Of a stretch of 64,000 nt of DNA, positions 1 through 8,883 are shown piece by piece. The notes below the pieces were generated by a model. It had not been told where the DNA came from. It saw only the letters and a program-made list of their open reading frames with translations, and did no database searches. Source of the DNA: an uncultured Wenzhouxiangella sp. (GTDB taxonomy: Bacteria > Pseudomonadota > Gammaproteobacteria > Xanthomonadales > Wenzhouxiangellaceae). The DNA is taken from contig CAJXNL010000006.1 in NCBI GenBank assembly GCA_913057195.1, forward strand, positions 70 to 64,069. The letters are read 5' to 3'. Within the stretch, counting starts at the first letter, position 1. Every line of letters begins with the position of its first letter. The translations under genes were made by a program, and so were the position numbers.

Positions 1-71
1 CTCCGCCACCCCCAATCCAGTTTAGCCCTTCGACTAGCCCGACCCAGCCAAAGAGGTCGGTGACCGGGCAA

Positions 72-1166
72 TCAATCAACCGCCCCATCGCTTCCTGAAT
101 TCTTGTTGCCGTGCTTGACCATTCGCCGATATCGGCTCTTCCATTGATCTTTGGCCATTTCTTGAAGGTCCACCACGGTGTCAGTCTCGTCGACAATTTC
201 AGCCCCTAAGAGCGTTTCAATCACATCTTCCATGGTGACAATGCCCGCCATACCACCAAATTCATCAATGACCAGCGCGATGTGCTCTCTTTTTTGAATG
301 ATGTCGTTAAACAGCTGGAAGATGCTGTAGTCCTCTGGAACGGAAACCATGTCACGTCTAAAGGCGCTAAGCGGCTTGTCTTTTTCATCATCAATCAGAT
401 GCTCTAAGACCTCATCTTTGAGCACATAGCCGACGATGTTTTCATGATCAAAATCTTCCCGCAGTGGGATTCTAGAAAACACCAGCTCGTCTTGCTTATC
501 ATAAAAATCTCGCGCGGTCATGGTTTGAGGCGCAGACACGACCACCGTCCGGGGTGTCATGACATCTTTAACCGCGTAGTTTTTAAAGTGCATCAGATTG
601 TGGATAAAAGCGCTTTCGGTCTTATCCAGGGTGCCCTCTTGGGATCCAATTTGGGCCATTGCCAAAAAATCGGTTCGGCTGAACACGGTTTGCTCTTTAG
701 ACGTATTGAAAGCTCTCGTGATGCCTTGAGCCAGCCAAATCACCGGATAAAAAACCTTAATTACAATATCCAGACTTCGCGTGGTGAACGGCGCCAACAC
801 CTTCCAGTTATTCGCACCAATGGTTTTGGGAATGATCTCGGAGAGAATCAAAATTGCCGCCGTCATCACAACGGGGACAATCACACCCGTCAACCAAGGA
901 TTGGTGTCGGCCCAGATCTTGGTGGCCTCTTGGCCCACCCCGATCGCCCCAACTGTGTGGGCGATGGTGTTCACGGTCAAAATTGCCGCCAGTGGCCGGT
1001 CAATGTTTTCTTTAAACGACTTGAGAATCACGCCCATCCGCGTGCCCTCGTTAAGCTTCACCTGCATATAAGACGGCGAGATGCTCAACAACACCGCTTC
1101 CCACAGAGAGCACAGAAACGAAAACAGAATTGAGACCGTGAAAAATGCGATCAGTGCCGTGTACAT
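72..1166 (-). CDS. CNNM/CorB-type membrane protein (DUF21 transmembrane domain + CBS pair)
   Basis: 364-aa ORF. Hydrophobic N-terminal half (MYTALIAFFTVSILFSFLCSLWEAVLLSISPSY...) is followed by a CBS-pair-like region (VKDVMTPRT..., HIALVIDEFGGMAGIVTMEDVIE). No CorC_HlyC C-terminal domain is visible. Confidence 0.8.
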   Translation of the reverse strand: MYTALIAFFTVSILFSFLCSLWEAVLLSISPSYMQVKLNEGTRMGVILKSFKENIDRPLAAILTVNTIAHTVGAIGVGQEATKIWADTNPWLTGVIVPVVMTAAILILSEIIPKTIGANNWKVLAPFTTRSLDIVIKVFYPVIWLAQGITRAFNTSKEQTVFSRTDFLAMAQIGSQEGTLDKTESAFIHNLMHFKNYAVKDVMTPRTVVVSAPQTMTARDFYDKQDELVFSRIPLREDFDHENIVGYVLKDEVLEHLIDDEKDKPLSAFRRDMVSVPEDYSIFQLFNDIIQKREHIALVIDEFGGMAGIVTMEDVIETLLGAEIVDETDTVVDLQEMAKDQWKSRYRRMVKHGNKNSGSDGAVD

Positions 1167-1202
1167 CAGCGTCCCAACCTAAGACGAACAACGACGTTCC
1201 AT

Positions 1203-3365
1203 TCACTCATCAGCGTGCTCGCCGGCTTGGTCTAACACAAAGGCATACTCCATCGCCGTTTGCTCCAGACGGCGAAAGCGCCCGGACGCGCCGCCATGGC
1301 CGGCCTCCATGTTGGTGTGAAGAAGCAGCACATTGTCATCGGTCTTGGTGGCGCGGAGCTTGGCCACCCACTTGGTCGGCTCCCAGTATTGCACTTGAGA
1401 ATCCCACAGCCCACTGGTGACCAGCATGGCTGGATAGTCCTGCGCCACGACGTTGTCATAGGGCGAATAAGAGAGCATGTAGTCGTAATAAGTCTCGTCT
1501 TTCGGGTTGCCCCACTCATCAAACTCGTTGGTGGTCAGCGGGATAGATTCATCCAACATTGTGGTGACCACATCAACAAAAGGCACATGGGCAATGACGC
1601 CACGGTACTTCTCTGGCGCCATATTGACCACTGCGCCGACAAGCAACCCGCCGGCACTGCCACCCATTGCGAAGACGCGATCTGGATCCACTCGCCCTGT
1701 CTCCACCAAATGGTCGGTGACAGCAATAAAATCAGTGAAAGTGTTTTTCTTATTCAGCAGTCGACCCTGCTCATACCAAGCCCGGCCCATCTCCTGCCCC
1801 CCTCGAATATGGGCAATGGCATACACAAACCCGCGATCAACCAGGCTCAATCGACTGGTGCTGAAGGTGGGATCCATGCTTGCACCATAAGACCCATACC
1901 CATACTGATACAGCGGTGCTGAACCATCCAAAGCCGTGTCTCGGTGATAAAGCAGCGATACTGGAATGGCAGTCCCATCCGAGGCTTCGGCCCAGGTGCG
2001 CTCCGTCCGGTAGTCGGCGGCATCGAACCCGCCGGGGACCTCCACCTGTTTGAGCAAACGCCGCGTGCCGGTGGGAATATCAATTTCCCAAGTTTGCGTG
2101 GGCGTGGTCATCGACGTGTAGACATAGCGCAGTGTGGTGGCACTTTGATCGACATTGGTGCCCAGGTAAGCCGCATACGCTGGCTCATCGAACGACATCA
2201 GCGATGACTCACCCGTGTCCCAGTCCAATATCCGTAAGGCACGAAGCCCGTTGGAGCGCTCACTGACCGCCAAAAAAGAATCAAAAGCGTCAAACCCATG
2301 GATAAAACGATCTGGGTCATGGGCGATCACTTCTGTCCATGCCGCTTTGTTGGCATGCTCATCCAGTGGCGCTGACATGATCTTAAAGTTCGGCGCATTG
2401 TCATTTGTTCGAATAATCCACCGATCGCCCAAATGGTCCGCATCATATTCATGGTCTCGGCGGCGGGGATAGAACACCGTAAACTCGCCCGTGGGGTCAT
2501 CCGCCCGCAGGATCTGCATCTCTGAAGACACGGTCGAACTTACAAAGATCGCCACAAATGCATCCGATGTGGTTCGGTCAATCCCTGTGTAGAACGCCTC
2601 ATCATCCTCTTGGTAGACAAGCACCTGCCGATTGGGGTCATCTTTCGAAGCTTCGGTATCCAACCGCCATACTTGCCATGAACGCAGAGTCTCTGGATGG
2701 TTGGCCACATAGAAAACATACCGAGGGTCTGCAGAGTACACCACGCTGGACACTCCAGAGATCCCCGTTGAGCTGACCTCACCTGAGTCCAGGTCTTTGA
2801 ATACGATCTCATATTGGCGCCGTCCGACGGTGTCTTCCAACCAAACCAAATGGCGACCATCTAGGCTGATGTCCATGTCGCCGACTGAATAGAATGCATG
2901 ACCTTGTGCTTGGACATTCACGTCGAGCACAATCTCTTCGTCTGCGTCCAAATGATCAGGCTTACGCGCAAAAATTGGGTACTCCAATCCAGATTCATAA
3001 CGGGTGTAGTACCAATGCCCCCGATCAAAATAAGGCACCGTCGAGTCATCTTCTTTAATTCGGCCTTTCAGCTCCTCAAACAGGGTTTGACGCAGCTCAG
3101 ACACATGCGCCAAGGCCGCTTCTTTGTATTCGTTTTCCGCCTCTAGGTAGTCCAACATCGCCTGGTCTTGGCGCTCGTCGTCACGCAGCCAATACCATGG
3201 ATCCACACGGTCACCGCCGGGGGCTTTGACCACATGATCACGTTGCTCAGGCGTCGGGGGTTGGGGCAGATCGGCCATGATGGATGGGTCCTTTGGTGTT
3301 GAAGTGTCCAGTTGGCAGCCACTGATTGAAAGCACGATTAAGGCCATCAATGCGGCTTTGCTCAT
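1203..3365 (-). CDS. ptrB: oligopeptidase B (S9A prolyl oligopeptidase family), predicted lipoprotein
   Basis: ORF 1203..3401. The C-terminal S9 catalytic domain carries the Ser motif FAMGGSAGGLLVG and ...MEAGHGG near the end, after a long N-terminal propeller region. The internal ATG at 3365 (verified) gives MSKAALMALIVLSISGC, a lipobox-type signal, and is chosen as the start. Confidence 0.85.
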   Translation of the reverse strand: MSKAALMALIVLSISGCQLDTSTPKDPSIMADLPQPPTPEQRDHVVKAPGGDRVDPWYWLRDDERQDQAMLDYLEAENEYKEAALAHVSELRQTLFEELKGRIKEDDSTVPYFDRGHWYYTRYESGLEYPIFARKPDHLDADEEIVLDVNVQAQGHAFYSVGDMDISLDGRHLVWLEDTVGRRQYEIVFKDLDSGEVSSTGISGVSSVVYSADPRYVFYVANHPETLRSWQVWRLDTEASKDDPNRQVLVYQEDDEAFYTGIDRTTSDAFVAIFVSSTVSSEMQILRADDPTGEFTVFYPRRRDHEYDADHLGDRWIIRTNDNAPNFKIMSAPLDEHANKAAWTEVIAHDPDRFIHGFDAFDSFLAVSERSNGLRALRILDWDTGESSLMSFDEPAYAAYLGTNVDQSATTLRYVYTSMTTPTQTWEIDIPTGTRRLLKQVEVPGGFDAADYRTERTWAEASDGTAIPVSLLYHRDTALDGSAPLYQYGYGSYGASMDPTFSTSRLSLVDRGFVYAIAHIRGGQEMGRAWYEQGRLLNKKNTFTDFIAVTDHLVETGRVDPDRVFAMGGSAGGLLVGAVVNMAPEKYRGVIAHVPFVDVVTTMLDESIPLTTNEFDEWGNPKDETYYDYMLSYSPYDNVVAQDYPAMLVTSGLWDSQVQYWEPTKWVAKLRATKTDDNVLLLHTNMEAGHGGASGRFRRLEQTAMEYAFVLDQAGEHADE

Positions 3366-3401
3366 GGCCGCTAGGCCAATGATAGAGTTTGAATGCAACA
3401 T

Positions 3402-3797
3402 TCAGCGTCCTCCTGTGGGGCGTTTACGGGCCTGAGATCGCAAAGCCATCAGCCAACTTTGATGAACCTCACTGGGCGGCTCTGTACTCATCATACCCAA
3501 TTGCTGCGCTCGCTCAAAAAAGCCCTGTGCCGGCAGCCCAGGCGGGCGCTGACTCACCACCCAACTGGCTCTGGGCGGTCGACGCGCTTGGGCATCAAAA
3601 GCCATGGTGGCTTCCAATGCGCGGGTGAGGGTTTGAATCTGGCCCGGGCCCGGGATGCCCAACCAGTGGGCGAACTCGCGATATGTCATGGTTTCTCCCA
3701 ACACGCATAACTGATCAAGCGCCGCGTCAACGCGTGCGATCCAGTCCGTTTCGGGTTTGTCGGCATGGGGGCCACTGGGCCCGGGGTCGTCAGTCAT
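3402..3797 (-). CDS. hypothetical protein, possibly MGMT/Atl-like winged-helix DNA-binding fold
   Basis: The track ORF 3402..4052 overlaps lipA, so I trimmed it to the internal ATG at 3797 (verified), which lies 28 nt downstream of the lipA stop. The segment TYREFAHWLGIPGPGQIQTLTRAL...PPRASWVV loosely resembles the TYGxLA...PCHRVV region of the MGMT/Atl family but lacks Cys and His. Confidence 0.45.
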   Translation of the reverse strand: MTDDPGPSGPHADKPETDWIARVDAALDQLCVLGETMTYREFAHWLGIPGPGQIQTLTRALEATMAFDAQARRPPRASWVVSQRPPGLPAQGFFERAQQLGMMSTEPPSEVHQSWLMALRSQARKRPTGGR

Positions 3798-3825
3798 TGG
3801 AGTGTGTTGCGTTGCATCATGCTGA

Positions 3826-4881
3826 TCAGTCGTCGAGGCCCACGTTGTTTTTTTCAAACACGCGATCAGCGCGATAACTCGAGCGCACCAAAGGCCCAGA
3901 GACCACCTCCAAAAAGCCTTTGGCCAAGCCCTGCTCACGCAACGCCTGAAACTCCTCGGGGGGCACATACCGATCCACTGGAAGGTGATGCATCGTTGGC
4001 CTGAGGTATTGCCCGAAGGTGACAATATCCACCCCGATCGCCCGCAAATCATCCATGGTGGTATCCACCTCGTCTAGGGTCTCACCCAAGCCCAACATCA
4101 AACTGGTTTTGGTGAGGATGTTGGGGTTGTATTGTTTGGCATGCGCCAACACATCCAGCGTTTGTTGATAGCCCGCCCTCGGATCTCGGACTGGATGCGT
4201 CAGTCGTTTGACAGTTTCGACGTTTTGGGCAAAGACATCCACCCCGGAGTCGATCACGGTCTCAACGTCATTCAGCCGACCTTGGAAATCCGGGGTTAAG
4301 GCTTCGACCTTGGTCTCGGGATTGACGCGTTTGATTTCACGGATGCAGGCCGCATAGTGTCCAGCGCCGCCGTCGGATAGATCGTCTCGGTCCACCGAAG
4401 TCAAGACCACGTATTTCAAATCCATCAAACGGACCGATTCGGCTGAGTTTTGAGGTTCTTCTTGATCCAGCCACCCTCTGGGGTTGCCGGTATCGACCGA
4501 ACAAAACCGGCACGCGCGGGTGCATACATCCCCCATCAACATGATGGTGGCCACGCCATTGGACCAACACTCGCCAATGTTGGGACACTTGGACTCCTCA
4601 CAGACCGTGGCCAGTCGGTGGGTCTGAACGTTGGCTTTGACTTGTTCGTACTTGCCACCGCTGGGCAACTTTGCACGCAGCCAGGAAGGCTTGCGACCGA
4701 ACGTTGGCGGTTCCACGCCTGAGCGCGCGCGAATGCCATCGACGATCGCGGTAAAGCCTTGGGGTTTGGTGACCTTATGGCCACTTTTGACTGTGATGGG
4801 AATGCGCTGCGAACTCACTGGGTCACCTGGTTCATGCTGTACCAACCGATGTAGGGAGGTTATCACACGCGGTTTGTGCAT
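3826..4881 (-). CDS. lipA: lipoyl synthase
   Basis: Radical-SAM motif [10 protein letters not shown] plus auxiliary-cluster cysteines [12 protein letters not shown]. Full-length similarity to LipA, with a roughly 25-aa longer N-terminus than the E. coli protein. Confidence 0.95.
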   Translation of the reverse strand: MHKPRVITSLHRLVQHEPGDPVSSQRIPITVKSGHKVTKPQGFTAIVDGIRARSGVEPPTFGRKPSWLRAKLPSGGKYEQVKANVQTHRLATVCEESKCPNIGECWSNGVATIMLMGDVCTRACRFCSVDTGNPRGWLDQEEPQNSAESVRLMDLKYVVLTSVDRDDLSDGGAGHYAACIREIKRVNPETKVEALTPDFQGRLNDVETVIDSGVDVFAQNVETVKRLTHPVRDPRAGYQQTLDVLAHAKQYNPNILTKTSLMLGLGETLDEVDTTMDDLRAIGVDIVTFGQYLRPTMHHLPVDRYVPPEEFQALREQGLAKGFLEVVSGPLVRSSYRADRVFEKNNVGLDD

Positions 4882-4919
4882 TGTGTATGCATCAGGTCAT
4901 GGCCACCATCCGGCATGGG

Positions 4920-6857
4920 CTATGGCTTGCCACGCTTGATCGCTGGCCCTGCACTTTGCCGTCGCTGATGGCCAGCTTTTTTCTGGGCCCGTGACATGGG
5001 CCGTGTGCTGCGCTTGGGGCGCCGGTCTTTGGCGGCCGTTTGATTGGGCTGACTCGTTGGTTGAGGTTTTCTCTTTGAGCCGGGCGATGATTGATCTTTG
5101 GACTTGGCCCCCACGGAGCGACCCTTATGGGCAGACCTCGATGGCGACGAATCGCGCTGGTCTCGGTCGGGGCGGATATTCAGCGCCACGCCGGCCACTT
5201 TCACCTGCTTGAGTTGAGTCAACACCGCGGCATCCAACGACCTTGGCAGATCCACCAAACTGAAACGGTCTTTGATGAGGACTTTGCCAATGTCTTGGGC
5301 ACCGAGCCCACCCTCGTTGGCAATCGCGCCCACCAAATGCCCAGGCTGAACCCCCTGGTTGTGCCCCACGCCGACCCAGTAGGTTTGCTTATCGTCGTCT
5401 TGATGTCGTCGCGCTGATCGGCGACGGCGATCGCTGCCGCGGTCAGGGCGCAGGTGATCGGCAAGCACCTGACCTTTATGCCGATGGGTGGATCGGTCCC
5501 CCGCCTCCTTCAACCCCGCGGACGCGGGTGGCACAGTGGCTGACTCAGCGAGCTTGGCCAACGCCGCGGCAATATCGAGCAGCGATGCTTCAGCCTGCGC
5601 TTGCCAGTGCAGCACTTTTTCTTGGAACATCGCCAACTCATCTTGCTCGAGCACGTGTCGGATCCGCTCAAGTTGACGTTCGTTGCGCTGCGCATGCACA
5701 TCATCGACCGTGGGCATCGTCATTTCGCTGAGAGGCTGTCGTGTTGCCTTTTCAATCGCACGCAACAAATGGCGCTCACGGGGTGCAACAAACAAGATGG
5801 CTTGGCCCTCGCGGCCGGCGCGTCCTGTCCGACCAATGCGGTGCACATACGCCTCCGTGTCATGGGGAATGTCGTAATTGACCACGTGGGAGATGCGCTC
5901 CACATCAAGCCCCCGAGCCGCAACATCGGTGGCGACCAGTAAATCAATTTGACCTGACTTCAGTGCCTCAACCAGCTGCTCGCGCTTTCCCTGCGGCACA
6001 TCCCCATTGAGCGCCTGGGCCGAAAATCCTCGAGCACGCAGCCGGTGGGCCAATTCTTCCGTGGCAATTTTTGTCCGCGCAAAGACAATCATGGCATCGA
6101 ACGGTTCCACCTCCAACAGGCGTGTCAAGGCATCCAACTTATGCAATCCGCTGACCATCCAATAGCGTTGATGAATGCTCGCGGCGGTGGTGGTTTTTGA
6201 TTCGATGGTGATGTGATGCGGATGTTTAAGGTGGCGTTTGGCGATGGCTCGAATCGGTGCAGGCATGGTGGCTGAGAAGAGCGCGATCTGCGTGGCCTTC
6301 GGTGCCTTGGCCAATACCGATTCGACGTCGTCAACAAAACCCATCTTCAACATCTCATCGGCCTCATCGAGCACCAAAGTTTGGAGCGCACTTAAATCTA
6401 AAGTACCGCGCTTGAGGTGATCAATGATGCGTCCCGGAGTGCCCACCACCACCTGTGCGCCTCGTTTGAGTCCATTGAGCTGGCCACGAAACGGTTGGCC
6501 GCCATAGATGGGCAGCACTTGGAAATTTGAAATGGCCTGCCCGTAGCGAGCGAACGCCTCAGCCACTTGGATTGCCAGTTCTCGAGTGGGGGTCAAGATC
6601 AGTGCATACGGCGCCTTAGGGTGGTCTGATCTGCTCAGCCAGCGACCCAGAATCGGCAGGGCAAAAGCCGCCGTCTTACCGGTGCCCGTTTGGGCTTGAC
6701 CCACCACATCATCACCGGCCATCAGGTGCGGCACCGTGGCTGCTTGTATGGGACTGGGCGCCTCATAACCCAAAGCCGTCACGGCTTGGATCAAAGCGTC
6801 TGGGAGATCCAGCTGTGCGAACGATTGATGAGGCGTGGGGTGGGAAGGGTCATGCAT
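4920..6857 (-). CDS. deaD: DEAD-box ATP-dependent RNA helicase DeaD/CsdA
   Basis: Q-motif region, AQTGTGKT, DEAD (VLDEADEM), SAT and HRIGRTGRAG are all present. A DbpA-like RNA-binding region (YWVGVGHNQGVQPGHLVGAIANEGG) is followed by a long basic Lys/Arg/Ser tail. Confidence 0.93.
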   Translation of the reverse strand: MHDPSHPTPHQSFAQLDLPDALIQAVTALGYEAPSPIQAATVPHLMAGDDVVGQAQTGTGKTAAFALPILGRWLSRSDHPKAPYALILTPTRELAIQVAEAFARYGQAISNFQVLPIYGGQPFRGQLNGLKRGAQVVVGTPGRIIDHLKRGTLDLSALQTLVLDEADEMLKMGFVDDVESVLAKAPKATQIALFSATMPAPIRAIAKRHLKHPHHITIESKTTTAASIHQRYWMVSGLHKLDALTRLLEVEPFDAMIVFARTKIATEELAHRLRARGFSAQALNGDVPQGKREQLVEALKSGQIDLLVATDVAARGLDVERISHVVNYDIPHDTEAYVHRIGRTGRAGREGQAILFVAPRERHLLRAIEKATRQPLSEMTMPTVDDVHAQRNERQLERIRHVLEQDELAMFQEKVLHWQAQAEASLLDIAAALAKLAESATVPPASAGLKEAGDRSTHRHKGQVLADHLRPDRGSDRRRRSARRHQDDDKQTYWVGVGHNQGVQPGHLVGAIANEGGLGAQDIGKVLIKDRFSLVDLPRSLDAAVLTQLKQVKVAGVALNIRPDRDQRDSSPSRSAHKGRSVGAKSKDQSSPGSKRKPQPTSQPNQTAAKDRRPKRSTRPMSRAQKKAGHQRRQSAGPAIKRGKP

Positions 6858-6863
6858 AAAAAT

Positions 6864-8144
<1,281 letters not shown>

Positions 8145-8402
8145 TCAGTCGGCTTGAACCGAAACGTACTTACGAAGCGGCTTTCCGCGGCGCTCAAACA
8201 CCACCTTGCCGTCGGTCAATGCAAACAGCGTGTGGTCACGCCCCACTTTGACGTTCTCACCGGCATGGAAGCGTGTGCCCCGCTGGCGCACCAAAATATT
8301 GCCTGCAACAACCGCCTCACCCCCGAAGCGCTTCACGCCCAAGTACTTTGGATTCGAATCGCGGCCGTTTCTGGTCGAACCGCCTGCTTTCTTATGTGCC
8401 AT
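8145..8402 (-). CDS. rpmA: 50S ribosomal protein L27
   Basis: 85 aa, [29 protein letters not shown]... is a canonical L27 N-terminus. Confidence 0.98.
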   Translation of the reverse strand: MAHKKAGGSTRNGRDSNPKYLGVKRFGGEAVVAGNILVRQRGTRFHAGENVKVGRDHTLFALTDGKVVFERRGKPLRKYVSVQAD

Positions 8403-8414
8403 GAGAGTGCGCCT

Positions 8415-8726
8415 TTATCCTTCGATTTTGCTGATTTTCAAATCGGTGTAGTACTGCCGATGCCCCATTTGTTTCATGTGGTGCTTGCGACGGCGGAATT
8501 TGATGATTTTCACTTTGTCACCGCGGCCGTGGTCAACCACTTCAGCGGTCACTTTGCCGCCGGAGACGGTGGGGGTGCCAACGCGCACATCGGCGCCTTC
8601 ACCCACCATCAACACCTGATCAAGTTCAACCATGCTGCCCTTGTCGGCGTCAAGTTTTTCAACGCGGACGACATCGCCTTCGGCTGCGCGGTATTGTTTG
8701 CCACCTGTGGTGAATACGGCATACAT
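8415..8726 (-). CDS. rplU: 50S ribosomal protein L21
   Basis: [25 protein letters not shown]... is a canonical L21. Start at the ATG at 8726 (verified); the track ORF begins at 8747. Confidence 0.97.
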   Translation of the reverse strand: MYAVFTTGGKQYRAAEGDVVRVEKLDADKGSMVELDQVLMVGEGADVRVGTPTVSGGKVTAEVVDHGRGDKVKIIKFRRRKHHMKQMGHRQYYTDLKISKIEG

Positions 8727-8856
8727 TGGGAACTTACTCCAGAGCAATCGACTTAAGAGCGGAAATTCTACCCAAAATACTGAGGCGGGTCAAGCCAAGG
8801 GTGGCCAGGTCGCAGCCGCCTTTGCGGTCTGGATGGGCCTGCCCTGTCCCTATTCT

Positions 8857-8879
8857 CACAGCCAAGCAGGTATCCTTGA
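8857..8879 (+). repeat. left copy of bipartite direct repeat CACAGCCA-(N8)-TCCTTGA
   Basis: 8857-8864 is CACAGCCA and 8873-8879 is TCCTTGA, ending 5 nt upstream of the uvrA ATG. The same two words occur contiguously on the same strand at 23052-23066. Confidence 0.4.
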
Positions 8880-8883
8880 GCGG

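Noticed and set aside
444-1133. Many long ORFs antisense to or out of frame with confident genes. Examples are 444-1133(+), 1260-1922(+), 17594-18259(+), 20727-21482(+), 40065-40823(+), 53133-53840(+), 56185-56973(-), 57844-58728(+) and 60621-61142(-).
   Set aside because: They lie entirely inside genes with strong family signatures. Their translations are Arg/Pro/Gly/His-rich low-complexity strings with no recognisable motifs. This is the expected stop-codon depletion in a GC-rich genome.
8844-8861. A LexA/SOS-box-like CTGT-N10-ACAG upstream of uvrA.
   Set aside because: The spacing is wrong for the gammaproteobacterial CTGT-N8-ACAG box. Only the 4-nt arms are palindromic and the centre lacks the AT-rich core. 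No comparable box lies upstream of ssb.
8632-8883. Long 5' extensions of track ORFs. Examples are uvrA from 8632, obg to 8063, DUF1684 to 17946, rfbA to 21530, trpF to 48291, marR to 59709 and the hypothetical to 4052.
   Set aside because: The extensions overlap neighbouring confident genes. Internal ATGs, verified in the nucleotide sequence, give N-termini that match the family consensus or a proper signal peptide.
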